A program made the position numbers and the translations under genes. Below, piece after piece: positions 28,801-38,657 of a stretch of 64,000 bases of DNA; position 1 is the first letter of the stretch, and each line of letters opens with the position of its first letter. Where the stretch lies: the NCBI GenBank assembly GCA_965237675.1, contig OZ250150.1, forward strand, positions 800,001-864,000. Direction: 5' to 3'. The notes under the pieces are model-generated. The model saw only the letters and a list, made by a program, of their open reading frames with translations, was not told the DNA's origin and searched no databases. This DNA comes from Candidatus Latescibacterota bacterium. GTDB taxonomy: Bacteria; Latescibacterota; UBA2968; GCA-2709665.

Positions 28801-30424
28801 CAGTATCGAAGACATTGCACAGCTGATTTACGATCTGAAACGGGTAAATCCCCGGGCAAAGGTATGCGTCAAACTGGTCTCCGTGGCCGGCATCGGCACA
28901 ATTGCAGCGGGTGTGGTCAAAGGGTACGCGGACGTGGTCCATGTCAGCGGACACGACGGCGGCACCGGCGCCTCGCCCCTGGGCGCCATCAAACATTCGG
29001 GCGGGCCGTGGGAACTGGGCCTGGCGGAGGTCCAGCAAACGCTGGTGATGAACGACCTGCGCGGGCGCGTTGTGCTCCGCGTGGACGGCGGGTTAAAGAC
29101 AGCCCGGGACGTGGTGGTCGCGGCGGTTCTCGGCGCCGAGGAGTATGGGTTCGGCACGGCGGCCCTTGTGGCCATGGGTTGCGTGATGGCCCGGCAGTGC
29201 CATCTGAATACCTGTCCGGTGGGCGTGGCCACGCAAAAACCGGAATTGCGGGAAAAGTTCGACGGCTCGCCGGAGAATGTGATTCGCTACTTTACCAACC
29301 TGGCCGGTCAGGTCCGGGAGGTCCTGGCGGGGCTGGGATATCGGTCGCTGGAGGACCTGATTGGCCGGACCGAGCTTCTGGAAGCCAGGGTGGACGCGGA
29401 GAAACCCCGGTGGCGGGGGATCGACTTGAGCGATCTTTTGGCCGATCCGGATCCGGCCGGCACCCGGCCGAGGCGGCATACCCGGGAGCGCAACGACCGG
29501 CCCGATGCGTCAATCGACGACTTGCTGCTGCAGGATGCAATGGACGCAATTAAGGAGAACAGCTCGATCACGCTGAGTTACGATATTCAGAACACGCGAC
29601 GCGCGGTCGGGGCCAAGCTGGCCGGAGAGATCGCATTTCATTACGGAGACCGGGGCCTTGACAGCACCGTCGAATGCCGCTTCCGTGGCAGTGCGGGACA
29701 GAGCTTCGGAGCTTTCTGCATACGCGGGCTTCGGCTGGTCCTTACGGGTGAGGCCAACGACTATGTCGGTAAAGGGATGCACGGTGGAGAACTCATAGTG
29801 CGGCCACCCGGCAACGCCGGATTTCCGAGCCACAGGAATGCCATTGTAGGCAATACGGTGATGTACGGCGCCACCGGAGGCGTGCTTTACGCCGCAGGCT
29901 GCGCCGGTGAGAGATTCTGCGTGCGTAACAGCGGCGGTCACGCGGTCGTGGAGGGAGTGGGAGACCACGGGTGTGAGTACATGACCGCCGGGGTGGTGGT
30001 TGTGCTGGGAGGTGCCGGGCGGAACTTCGGCGCCGGAATGACGGGCGGAACCGCTTATGTGCTGGACGAAGAGGAATCGTTTGAGAATCGATACAACCCG
30101 CAGCTTGTCGGCATCCATCGCGTCGAACAGCCGGGGGACGTCGGCCTGCTGAAAAAAATGATCGGACGGCACCTCGAAAAAACCAACAGCCGCAGGGCGA
30201 GTGCCATCATCACCCGATGGGACGAGTTTCTGCCCAGATTCTGGAGAATTTCGCCGCACCCGCCGGACCACGGCGATGAATTGGTCATTCCGGATCGCTA
30301 TCGAGAAACACATCGGGAAGCCCGCCGCCAGAAAGCGCATGGCCAGCGGGACAAGCGGCCTTCCGGAAATGCGTACAGCCGGCCCGCGCGCGCGGCGACA
30401 CCCGGCGGTGCGAACGAAGGATAA
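25817..30424 (+). CDS. gltB: Glutamate synthase large subunit
   Basis: EHDACGVGF, HQRYSTNT, KQVASGRFG, KPGEGGQLPG, CVMARQCHLNTCP, GXGXG domain. Confidence 0.98.
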   Translation: MMQVTSRTGLYRPEFEHDACGVGFVADIGGNRNGEIMRRAVLGLANLTHRGAMDADAKTGDGAGVLTQIPGRLIVREAERLGYRAPRAEDLAIGMLFLSQDRVTNDRYRIIVDEATDHYGLVLIGWRSVPVDRTVLGDRAAELMPDIQQVLIARGERMSDAEFERALYLVRRQVERSVRRHGMEGCYICSLSNRTIVYKGMMVAAQLARFYRDLQNPDFDTALAVFHQRYSTNTLPDWFLAQPFRYLAHNGEINTLRGNVNWMRAREAELKSRAWGRYLDRIKPIIDETRSDSAMLDNVFETLVVAGRDPMHAMMMLIPEAYREIPDMPEDLRGFYEYNECLMEPWDGPAAVAFSDGAVVGATLDRNGLRPARYKITDSGLIVMGSEVGMLEIDDRHVVEKGRLGPGEMIAVDTRKGTLLKNDEIKSHYAGRRPYRRWVRENLVRFEPSDTRREPFPAGEQTDFERRQLAFGYTADEIEYVLVPMANDGKEPVGSMGDDTPLAMLSERPQLLYNFFSQRFAQVTNPPIDPLREELVMSLDLHLGRRRNIFREKAPYARLIRIPSPVLLDSELRRLSGSGLPGFDAETLPALFAPSEGAESLRRALDRICLQAVRAVESGKTLLILSDRGVDSNQAPIPMLLAVGAVHHHLIRQGKRMQASLIVESGEPREVHHIAALIGYGASAVNPYLVYENLYELIRAGRLEDEITYATALANYRHALEAGILKVICKMGISTLSSYCGAQIFDAVGLHSDVIDRYFTGTVSQVGGIGLADIAEDAAERHLQAFQPERSPALKDAGIYRFRRDGEYHAFNPPVFKAIHSVAKTGNYKDFTAYSRLVEGRPAASLRDLMAFREGHSVPLEEVEPVEAIRRRFVSSAMSHGALSREAHETLAIALNRIGAKSNSGEGGEDPARYRRLPNGDWPNSAIKQVASGRFGVTPEYLASAKELEIKMAQGSKPGEGGQLPGHKVSAEIALIRHSVPGITLISPPPHHDIYSIEDIAQLIYDLKRVNPRAKVCVKLVSVAGIGTIAAGVVKGYADVVHVSGHDGGTGASPLGAIKHSGGPWELGLAEVQQTLVMNDLRGRVVLRVDGGLKTARDVVVAAVLGAEEYGFGTAALVAMGCVMARQCHLNTCPVGVATQKPELREKFDGSPENVIRYFTNLAGQVREVLAGLGYRSLEDLIGRTELLEARVDAEKPRWRGIDLSDLLADPDPAGTRPRRHTRERNDRPDASIDDLLLQDAMDAIKENSSITLSYDIQNTRRAVGAKLAGEIAFHYGDRGLDSTVECRFRGSAGQSFGAFCIRGLRLVLTGEANDYVGKGMHGGELIVRPPGNAGFPSHRNAIVGNTVMYGATGGVLYAAGCAGERFCVRNSGGHAVVEGVGDHGCEYMTAGVVVVLGGAGRNFGAGMTGGTAYVLDEEESFENRYNPQLVGIHRVEQPGDVGLLKKMIGRHLEKTNSRRASAIITRWDEFLPRFWRISPHPPDHGDELVIPDRYRETHREARRQKAHGQRDKRPSGNAYSRPARAATPGGANEG

Positions 30425-30482
30425 TACCGGCTTTCTTCCGGATCCCGTACTCCCAGGATCTTATAGAACAGGAAGGGTCCTT

Positions 30483-31238
30483 ATGGTGGATATGACAGGC
30501 AAGGTGGCGTTGATTACCGGATCTTCCAGGGGCATCGGACGTGGATGCGCGGTGGAGATGGCCCGTGCCGGAGCGGATATCGCGGTGAACTACCATTCAC
30601 ATCCTGAAGACGCGGAGACCGTCGCGAACGAGGTCCGGGCACTGGGTCGGGAAGCACTGGTCGTGCAGGCGGATGTGGCGGATCGGGCGGCCGTGGACCG
30701 GATGGTGGACGCAACCGTAAGCCGTTTCGGCAGGCTGGACATTGTCGTGGCCAATGCCTATTACAGCAAACGTGAGCCCTTTCTGGAACTGTCGACACAG
30801 GCTGTTCGGCGGACGTGGGAGGTCTGTCTGTGGGGCAGCTTCCACACCGCCCAGGCCGGCGCCCGGCAGATCGTGGACCAGGGCGGAGGCGGCAGCATCC
30901 TGTTCATCAGTTCCGTGCTGGCGGAGGTGCCGATGCCGACGTCGATGCCGTACAATACGGCCAAGGCCGGCATCAACCAGATGTGCCGGACCATAGCGGC
31001 GGAGTTGGCGCCGCATCGTATCCGCGCGAACGTGATTGAACCCGGATATACCGACACGCCAGGCGAACGGCAATTCGCCACCGACGAGCAGATCAGTGAG
31101 GCGGCCAGGGGTTTGCCGTGGGGCAGGCTGGCAACCATCGAAGATCTGGGAAGGGCGGCGACGTTTTTGTGTTCCGACGCCGCCGATTACATCACGGGTA
31201 CGATTCTTAAAGTGGACGGCGGGTTCTGCCTGAAATAG
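30483..31238 (+). CDS. SDR family oxidoreductase
   Basis: TGSSRGIG, YNTAK catalytic motif, VIEPGYTDT. Confidence 0.92.
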   Translation: MVDMTGKVALITGSSRGIGRGCAVEMARAGADIAVNYHSHPEDAETVANEVRALGREALVVQADVADRAAVDRMVDATVSRFGRLDIVVANAYYSKREPFLELSTQAVRRTWEVCLWGSFHTAQAGARQIVDQGGGGSILFISSVLAEVPMPTSMPYNTAKAGINQMCRTIAAELAPHRIRANVIEPGYTDTPGERQFATDEQISEAARGLPWGRLATIEDLGRAATFLCSDAADYITGTILKVDGGFCLK

Positions 31239-31332
31239 TCGATACGGACCTCTCCACCCGGGGTGTAGGGGACCGGATGAGGCAGCGGGTCACGCGACGG
31301 CGATTCGCTCCACGATAATTCGGAGGAACGGC

Positions 31333-32463
31333 ATGCGGTTCGTTCGGAATACGATCTTTCTGTTGGTTCTCCTGCGGGGGGTTTCGATTCCCGCGGCTGA
31401 CGTGGTTGTGGAGATGCATCAGGACGAAATCGAAACGGAGTTGCGGTACCGCGTCGGGGTGATCGACGCGGAAACCCGTACGGTTGATTGGGGTGAGGTC
31501 GGGGCGCACGACGATGGACGGGCGCCATCGGTCGCCGTGGACGGCGACCTCGTGGTCGAGGTACACCAGTCCCATTTTGGTACGAATCTGTGGTATAAGG
31601 TTGGCGAGGTCGACGCGAGGACAAAGGCGATCCAGTGGGGCGAGGGGACGAGGTTCGACGGCGGCCAGTTTCCCATGGTCGCGCTGGAGGGCACGGTCGT
31701 GGTGGAGGTGCATCAGTCCCACATTGGCACGAATCTGTGGTACCACGTAGGGATCGTGGATCCGCTCGAGAAGACAATTGAATGGGGCGAACCTCAGAAA
31801 TACGACGGGGGGCAGTTCCCGTCGGTGGCGCTGTCGGACGGAGCGGTCGTGGAAGTCCACCAGTCCGAAGAGGGCGAACGTCTATGGTATAACGTGGGGA
31901 CCGTGGATACCACAGCGAAGTCCATTGCGTGGGGCGACGCACAGGAATACGACGGGGGTCATACGCCGTCCGTCGATATGGACGGTGGCGTGGTCATGGA
32001 GATGCATGAGTCGATCGGCGGAGGGGTTCTTTGGTATCACGTGGGCGTTCTGGATGTGGAGCGCAGGATAATCGATTGGGGCGAGGCGACGAAATTCGAT
32101 CGGGGCACGGCTCCCAACGTGGCGCTGGATAACGGGATCGTAATGGAGGTGCATGAGGGGCACAACAGTTTGGATCTGTGGTATCACGTCGGTCCGGTGG
32201 ATGCGGAGGCGAAGACGGTGTCCTGGGGAACAGCCTGGAATTACGGAGAAGGCTTGCTGCCTTTTGTGAGTGTTAGTGTCCGGGAAAGATCCGCGGATTT
32301 CGACGGCAGCGGCCGGGTGGATTTTGGTGATTTTGTGATTTTCGCAAAGGCGTTCGGTTCCCAAGTAGGGGATGTCGATTACGAAAATCGACTCGACCTA
32401 GACGGAGACGGTCGCATCGGGTTTGGCGATTTTATCCGATTCGCACGGGAATTCGGCACGTAA
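31333..32463 (+). CDS. Secreted protein with six 49-aa repeats and a C-terminal EF-hand/dockerin-like pair
   Basis: Signal-like N-terminus; repeats VVEVHQS-x5-LWYxVG...WG...DGG..PxV; DFDGSGRVDFGDF / DLDGDGRIGFGDF tail. Confidence 0.85.
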   Translation: MRFVRNTIFLLVLLRGVSIPAADVVVEMHQDEIETELRYRVGVIDAETRTVDWGEVGAHDDGRAPSVAVDGDLVVEVHQSHFGTNLWYKVGEVDARTKAIQWGEGTRFDGGQFPMVALEGTVVVEVHQSHIGTNLWYHVGIVDPLEKTIEWGEPQKYDGGQFPSVALSDGAVVEVHQSEEGERLWYNVGTVDTTAKSIAWGDAQEYDGGHTPSVDMDGGVVMEMHESIGGGVLWYHVGVLDVERRIIDWGEATKFDRGTAPNVALDNGIVMEVHEGHNSLDLWYHVGPVDAEAKTVSWGTAWNYGEGLLPFVSVSVRERSADFDGSGRVDFGDFVIFAKAFGSQVGDVDYENRLDLDGDGRIGFGDFIRFAREFGT

Positions 32464-32913
32464 CGCATTAATGCGTAATTGGCGGCGCCGGCCGCGCTGA
32501 TCCGATCCATTTCCGACCCCGCGCCGGCACTTTCCGTAATTCAATTGGCGTTGCGACCGTTGTATAACGGGGAAGGGTATCGATCACCGCCGCGGAAATG
32601 GGTTCTGCGGCGGTATCTTTATGCCTGTACCAATGGATGAGACCCCTTCTGGGAATCCATCTTCGGATCGTGGGGCATCTCCGTGCGCCGCCCTTGATGG
32701 GATCTCGGCCCCGCAGGCGAGGTTAGATGTGGCCTGGCCGGATATTGGTAGAAACCGGTGGTTCCGGGCTTTTTTGTACACCATGTAGAGTCTATTTCCT
32801 ATATTTCCTGAATACGCCGCGGGTTATAACGGGGTGGTCCGAATCGACAGGAAATCTCATACGGATATCCTGGTTTCCCGGCGTTCCGCGAAGCAGAAAC
32901 AACCTGGTCCTTT

Positions 32914-33687
32914 ATGAGACGAATCCACAAGATCATCGTCGGATTTCTGATCGGTTCGACGGCATATGCAGGCGATCCGCCACCGGAATTCCATACGCCT
33001 TCCGGAGATTCAATCGTCATTCTGGAACGATTCGAGTATCCCGAGCAACTCGGGCGGTTTCCCAGGAACTGGGAAGCCAGAGCGGGCTGGCGCCAGAAGA
33101 AAACCAGGAAAAAAGAGGATCTGTATTACAAGATTCAGATGGAGGACGGCGATTGCTTTTTGAGGGCCGAAACCGTCGGCGGGGCCACGAATGCGGGGCG
33201 CCCCGTAAGAATCAACCTCCGTGTCTTCAAGAAGCTCAGGTGGCGATGGCGGGTACACAGCCTTCCGGCAGACGGTAATGAAACCTACAAGAAAACAAAC
33301 GACAGCGCGGCGGCGGTGCGGCTGGTATTCAAGGGCCGATTGGTTCCCAAGACACTCAAGTACGTCTGGAGCGCGACACTGCCGGCAGGCACGGAGACGG
33401 TAAGCCCGGCCAGCGAGGATACAAAAGTGATCGTCCTGGAATCCGGCCGGGGAAGGATGGGCAAATGGATCTGGGAGGAAGTCAACGCCTATGAAGACTA
33501 CAAACGTGTGTTCGGCAGCGACCCCCGGCTCGTCGGAGCCGTTGCCGTACTTACGGATTCTGACAACACGAAAGCGCACGTGAAGGCCGACTACGACGAC
33601 ATTTCTTTCTTGATGGCGCGATCCGATGCACCGGATATGGATTCCGAGGCCGATGCCTCAGACCAAGACAGGGGGACCGAGCGATGA
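32914..33687 (+). CDS. DUF3047-like exported protein
   Basis: LRWRWRV, NDSAAAV, LKYVWS, AVLTDSDNT motifs; signal peptide. Confidence 0.75.
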   Translation: MRRIHKIIVGFLIGSTAYAGDPPPEFHTPSGDSIVILERFEYPEQLGRFPRNWEARAGWRQKKTRKKEDLYYKIQMEDGDCFLRAETVGGATNAGRPVRINLRVFKKLRWRWRVHSLPADGNETYKKTNDSAAAVRLVFKGRLVPKTLKYVWSATLPAGTETVSPASEDTKVIVLESGRGRMGKWIWEEVNAYEDYKRVFGSDPRLVGAVAVLTDSDNTKAHVKADYDDISFLMARSDAPDMDSEADASDQDRGTER

Positions 33688-35015
33688 CAGGAAACACAGG
33701 AGCGAGGCGGGAGCAGATACTGAAGGTAATCGCGGACAGGGAGCCGGGTTCAGGCTACGGTTCTGCACCAAAGCGCTGTATGAGACTGCCGCAATGGAAA
33801 CGCAGGACGATGCTGGGCCATCGTCCATGTTTTCCGGTGGGTTACGTCTATTTCCTACTCAGGATATTGCTGATAAGGCCAGCGGCGGTTTGTATGCTGA
33901 CGGTTTCGGCCGTATCGGCTCAGAACGTATCGATCACCGATTACGTGGTGCCCGTCAGCCGGGCGCATAACCTGCGTATCGACGCGCTCAGCTTCAATTT
34001 CGCGACAGAGGGAGAAAGAACGGATGTCTTGAATGGGAACCTGACGGTCGTATACAAAAAGTTCTACGAGTCTCTCCCATACGCTTATTCCGTCGACGCG
34101 ACATCCGAGGGTTTGCTCACGAAGAATACGTCTACCGGAAAGATCGAGAGCGATGCCCTTACGCTTCTCCGGACGAATATCAAGAAGTACCATCGGAAAG
34201 AAGGCAATTTATTCTATTCCTGGAGTACCGATTCCGACGTCGACACGGGATACGACAGACCGAACATAGAGATGACCCTGGGTATCGGACACGGCCGGTT
34301 TATTGACGCCACAGCGCTTCGGAAAGCCGTGCGGATCGAGGATTTTTTCCTTGAGGAGGGCATCATCGGCGATCATTTCCCCAAAGAGACGATGATCGAA
34401 CTGGCGCACATTATCGATAGGGAAAGAGAATACAAGGAACTTCACGGAGACCGGTACGAGAACTACTGGTTCGAAGACATGCTGGCGGAGATCAGGAAGT
34501 CTCGCATGGTTCTGGGAGAGGAAATCGGATTCGGCCTGGTGCGGATACAGGAAGTGCTGACCCAGGAGCAGATCAGCAAGAGATTCTACGGGTGGGATTT
34601 CACCACCGGCGTGCAATTCGAGGTATTGAACCCCTACGATGACCAGGACAGGCGGCCACCCGGACTTCTGATCAATTTCAGGTACTCCCACCCGATTAGT
34701 TGGAGCACGCAGATCAACACGGATTTCAGTTACAATACGCCTTTTTCCGGGGACTTTGGAAGGGGCTTCAACATGCGTCTCAGAACGGACTTCATCTACG
34801 AGGTCACGAACAGGATCCGGTTTGCAACATTGCAGACAGTGCGTGTACAGAAGCGCACAAAAAAGCAGGCCAGCGTTCGTACGAATATTTCGTTCGCGCT
34901 CAGCTTTTACATTGAAAACAAATTCAACATGACGCTTTCCGAGTCCTTCGCCGTCGTGAGAGGCGAAGATTCCAGGCAAAGCTTCAATATGGGGCTGAGT
35001 TACAGGATTTTTTAG
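33684..35015 (+). CDS. Putative outer-membrane beta-barrel protein (true start probably downstream, about 33837-33894)
   Basis: Amphipathic beta-strand pattern and C-terminal MGLSYRIF signature. Confidence 0.6.
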   Translation: MTGNTGARREQILKVIADREPGSGYGSAPKRCMRLPQWKRRTMLGHRPCFPVGYVYFLLRILLIRPAAVCMLTVSAVSAQNVSITDYVVPVSRAHNLRIDALSFNFATEGERTDVLNGNLTVVYKKFYESLPYAYSVDATSEGLLTKNTSTGKIESDALTLLRTNIKKYHRKEGNLFYSWSTDSDVDTGYDRPNIEMTLGIGHGRFIDATALRKAVRIEDFFLEEGIIGDHFPKETMIELAHIIDREREYKELHGDRYENYWFEDMLAEIRKSRMVLGEEIGFGLVRIQEVLTQEQISKRFYGWDFTTGVQFEVLNPYDDQDRRPPGLLINFRYSHPISWSTQINTDFSYNTPFSGDFGRGFNMRLRTDFIYEVTNRIRFATLQTVRVQKRTKKQASVRTNISFALSFYIENKFNMTLSESFAVVRGEDSRQSFNMGLSYRIF

Positions 35016-35233
35016 TCGTTGGAATTCTGGCTTGCGGATAGCGAGTCGGAGCGGAATCTCAACGCGCGCTGCGGATTCTTCGCGGCCCACAAAGACACTC
35101 GCGATGTCGGTTCGGCATCGCTGCGCGCCGGCATTGTAGAATGCGGGTACGCCCGCCGTCCGACGCCCCTTGTTTTTGCCCTTCCTTCTTTCACCGCCCC
35201 CCGCCCGTCGCATATCTCTCGCAGGTGTAGACT

Positions 35234-37498
35234 CTATAAGCTTTCCACCGCATCGACCAGCGCCCCGGTGGTGATGCCGAAGTGCGCCCAGGTTTCCATA
35301 TGGCCGTCGGATGGGGCGGTTCTTGGATCGGTCAGACCGATGTGCGCATGGGCAATTCCAACCGACGAAGCCCCGGTGGCCACCAGGCCGGCAAACCCCC
35401 TCAGCCCGGTCTCGGGCGTACCGATTTTGCCGTCTTCGACGGTCACAATCCCATCGGTGTATTGAGAAAGCAACGATTCCAGGCGATGGTTCGCCACCGG
35501 CAGGCCGTTGACGATATGTACGTCTGCCGAAACGCCGCGGTGATTCAGGATGTCCGCAGCCTCCCCGGCCAGAAAGGCCGGCGCTCCGAATGCGAAAATC
35601 GCGCGCCGGGCGCCGGGAAATGACCGGAAGGATGTGATGGGCTGCCATTCGTCATCGGGTTCCCAGAGGGGGCCGGAACCGTCCTGTTTTTCCAGGATGG
35701 GCAGGTTGTCGCGGGGAATGCCGACAATGTGCCCGCCATAGTGGGCGGCCAGATCCACAACGGCCAGAAAGGCCGAGCGTGCGTCAGACGGGGCGTAAAA
35801 CCGGTGCAGGTACGGAAGGTAGTTGAGGCCCACGTTAATCCAGTCCAGACCCCATCCGGAGAAGTGATCCCGGCCCGTACACGCGCCCACGTGGGAGAGA
35901 TGAAACGTGACGTTCAGGCCTTCGTTGACGCCTGTCAGGTTACGCTGATATTGCCACATGTCGAACCCTTCGCGGGCGATGCCTTCGAAGAACGCGGCAA
36001 AGGTGGACACCACGTTCAACTGAGGGTTCCGCGTACTGGTGGCCAGGCCGTCGGCGATGAGGGTGGCGGCCTGTTCTTCGATGCTGATTTCGAACTGGTG
36101 ATTTTCGGCCAGATGGCTTCGGGCCTTGGCCAGTTTGGTGGAAGCGTCCAGGTCGCAGCTGACCACGAAGACCCTTTCGGGAAAGGTTTCCGCCACGAGC
36201 GCATAGCCGGCTTCCGAGCCGTCGCGGGCGCTCTTCATCTCTCCCGGGCCTGGCAGCGAGACCCTCTTCAGCGCGCTTTCGGGTAGAACCAGATTCGGGC
36301 TTCCAGGCGCGGGTCGGGCGTGGGTTGTGACCGTGTGCGCCGGCTGCGATTTCAGACGCGCCAGCGCGGCCGCCTGTCCCGGCGTTGCCCGGAACATGGG
36401 ATTGGCAAGCACGTCCGCTTCGTTACGGTCTTTCATGCCCCCATCGTGGTGGCCGGCGCCACCCGGGAGTTCGTTCACCAGGAAGAGGCATTCCAGCATG
36501 GGTTCCACATCCCGATAGCTCATCAGCGCCCCGGGAACCCAGATCTCATGGTTCAGAGGCACATCGTGCCGGTCGGCGAAGGCTTCGACCTGTTCGGGAA
36601 TGCCGTTGTATTCGCCGAAGTGCGCCAGGTCGATCCGTTTGCCGTTTCGGGACCGGAATCCCACGGGGAAGATGAGACTGGGGCGGCCTTCCTGCGCCAG
36701 GATGTACGCTTCACGGTATGCCCGGTACAGACCGGCGGGATCGAGGAGCGTAGGGATTTCGAGGATTTCGACGCCCATAGCACCGATGATGGACCGGGGA
36801 TCTTTGTCCAGAATGCTCCGGGTGCTTCCGGAAAGCTGGATGCCGTTCCGGTCCATCACAAACGTGACGGGCGCGCCGTGAACGTGGGCGGCGTTAAAAC
36901 CGTTGAGCGCCTGGCCCGAGATCCAGCCGGCGTCTCCGCAATGGGCAACCACCCAGCATCCATCGCCGAAGGCGCCTCGCTTACCCAGCGCGTTGCCCAC
37001 CGCAACGGGAATCATCACACCCAGACGGCCGCCGTTCATCTGCGTGCCCCCCGGCAGCCAGGAAACGTGGCCGGGAAGATCCATGCCGCGACGAAAGTCG
37101 GAAACGACGTGTTCGGGGTCGACAAATCCCAACGCGGAAAGCGCGGCATAATATCCGACGCTGGTATGGGCGTGTTCGATGGTATACTCGATGCGTTCAA
37201 AGTCGACCACCGCCAGGGTGAGCAACAATGAGGGGATCAGGCCGATGCCGCCGCCCAGGTGATCCGCTTCGCCAATTCCGGCGAGGGACGCCAGGGAGCG
37301 AACGGCCGTGCGGGCGGCCTCGATTTGAAGGGCGGTAAATATGTTGACCTGTGTTTCCGTCAATGTCTCGGTTTGCCGGATGTCGATTTGCAGAGGCAGA
37401 ACTTCGGAAGTGACTATGTCGGACAGATATCGCGAACCGTCCAGCAGCGTCCGGTTGCGGTCCTCTTGCAGCGTTGTCGCGTGTTGCAATGCGGACAT
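35234..37498 (-). CDS. Divergent transketolase-like TPP enzyme (single chain)
   Basis: DHLGG, LPGH, GDAG...DRNGIQL TPP motif, DLDAST, ISIEEQ, STFAAF, C-terminal VTVEDG. Confidence 0.8.
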   Translation of the reverse strand: MSALQHATTLQEDRNRTLLDGSRYLSDIVTSEVLPLQIDIRQTETLTETQVNIFTALQIEAARTAVRSLASLAGIGEADHLGGGIGLIPSLLLTLAVVDFERIEYTIEHAHTSVGYYAALSALGFVDPEHVVSDFRRGMDLPGHVSWLPGGTQMNGGRLGVMIPVAVGNALGKRGAFGDGCWVVAHCGDAGWISGQALNGFNAAHVHGAPVTFVMDRNGIQLSGSTRSILDKDPRSIIGAMGVEILEIPTLLDPAGLYRAYREAYILAQEGRPSLIFPVGFRSRNGKRIDLAHFGEYNGIPEQVEAFADRHDVPLNHEIWVPGALMSYRDVEPMLECLFLVNELPGGAGHHDGGMKDRNEADVLANPMFRATPGQAAALARLKSQPAHTVTTHARPAPGSPNLVLPESALKRVSLPGPGEMKSARDGSEAGYALVAETFPERVFVVSCDLDASTKLAKARSHLAENHQFEISIEEQAATLIADGLATSTRNPQLNVVSTFAAFFEGIAREGFDMWQYQRNLTGVNEGLNVTFHLSHVGACTGRDHFSGWGLDWINVGLNYLPYLHRFYAPSDARSAFLAVVDLAAHYGGHIVGIPRDNLPILEKQDGSGPLWEPDDEWQPITSFRSFPGARRAIFAFGAPAFLAGEAADILNHRGVSADVHIVNGLPVANHRLESLLSQYTDGIVTVEDGKIGTPETGLRGFAGLVATGASSVGIAHAHIGLTDPRTAPSDGHMETWAHFGITTGALVDAVESL

Positions 37499-37763
37499 AA
37501 ACGGGCTCCTCTGAGAGGGAGGCGGGTTCGGTTGAAGCAGGGGGAATTGCGCAATACGGGGGAGGGAATGGGGAGCGGCAACTTCGAACTAAAAATACAG
37601 TGGTTTTGGAAAAAAACCAGCTAAAAATCGGTCCGTCGATCGCCGAGCCGCTTCCGGATTCTGCCGGGAAAACTTAGCTTGGAAGTTCGACGGTCCTGTG
37701 GTATTTTGTGCTTGAAAATGAGCTTGCACACGGTACATTGGCGATTTTGGAAAGGAGCGGAAG

Positions 37764-38534
37764 ATGGCCGGTACGGTATTGGCTGCGCAGATGTATACAG
37801 TGCGTGAATTTACAAAAACACCCGCGGATGTCGCGGACAGCCTGAAAAAGGTGAAGGCGCTGGGATACGACGCCATGCAGGTGTCGGCATTTGGAGAGAT
37901 CAGCCCTCAGGAACTCAAGAATCTGGCGGACGGGGAAGGCCTGGAGATCTGCGCCACCCACACCAGCTACGAACGTATGAGGGATGAAACGCAGGCCGTG
38001 ATCGACGAGCATCTGTTGTGGGGGTGTAAATACCCGGCGATCGGGGGGATTCCCCAGAATTTTCGCCAAAGCGGAGGAGACGGATTCAGGCGGTTCGCCG
38101 TCGAGGCATCCGAGGTGGCCAGAAAGCTTGCGGCGGCGGGGCTCACGTTCGGATATCACAACCACAGTTTTGAACTCGAGCGATTCGGCGACCGAACCGG
38201 CCTGCAGATCCTGTTGGAAGACAGCGACCCCCAGGTCTTTCAGCTCGAGATCGACACCTACTGGATTCAGCACGGGGGCGGCGACCCCGCCGAGTGGATT
38301 CGAAGGGCCGCGGGCCGGGCGGACCTGGTTCACGTGAAAGACATGGCCATGCGCGGCCGCGACCAGCTCTACGCCGAGGTGGGAGAGGGCAACCTGAACT
38401 GGCCGGCCATTCTGGATGCCTGCACGGCAGCGGGCACGCTTTGGTACATTGTGGAACAGGACACGTGCCAGCGGGACCCGTTCGAAAGCCTGGGCATCAG
38501 TCTGCGGAATCTGCAGGGAATGGGATTGGAATAA
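37764..38534 (+). CDS. Sugar phosphate isomerase/epimerase (AP_endonuc_2 TIM barrel)
   Basis: QMYTVR, YHNHSFE, EIDTYW, HVKD, IVEQD motifs. Confidence 0.9.
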   Translation: MAGTVLAAQMYTVREFTKTPADVADSLKKVKALGYDAMQVSAFGEISPQELKNLADGEGLEICATHTSYERMRDETQAVIDEHLLWGCKYPAIGGIPQNFRQSGGDGFRRFAVEASEVARKLAAAGLTFGYHNHSFELERFGDRTGLQILLEDSDPQVFQLEIDTYWIQHGGGDPAEWIRRAAGRADLVHVKDMAMRGRDQLYAEVGEGNLNWPAILDACTAAGTLWYIVEQDTCQRDPFESLGISLRNLQGMGLE

Positions 38535-38657
38535 ACACCCCGAAACCCAACACCAGGGGCCTGTGAATCAGGGAAGACGAGATCGCTTCTATCCCGGAAT
38601 CGCGGGCCTGTCAACAGCAGACCCGATTCAGGTGTTCGTGCCAGTGTGAGGAGTCGT

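Noticed and set aside
31400-32280. 147-bp periodic DNA repeats as a non-coding array
   Set aside because: Fully explained by the 49-aa protein repeats.
32470-32900. Possible ncRNA or riboswitch in the long intergenic region
   Set aside because: Only weak hairpins and no recognisable family motif; would need an Rfam search.
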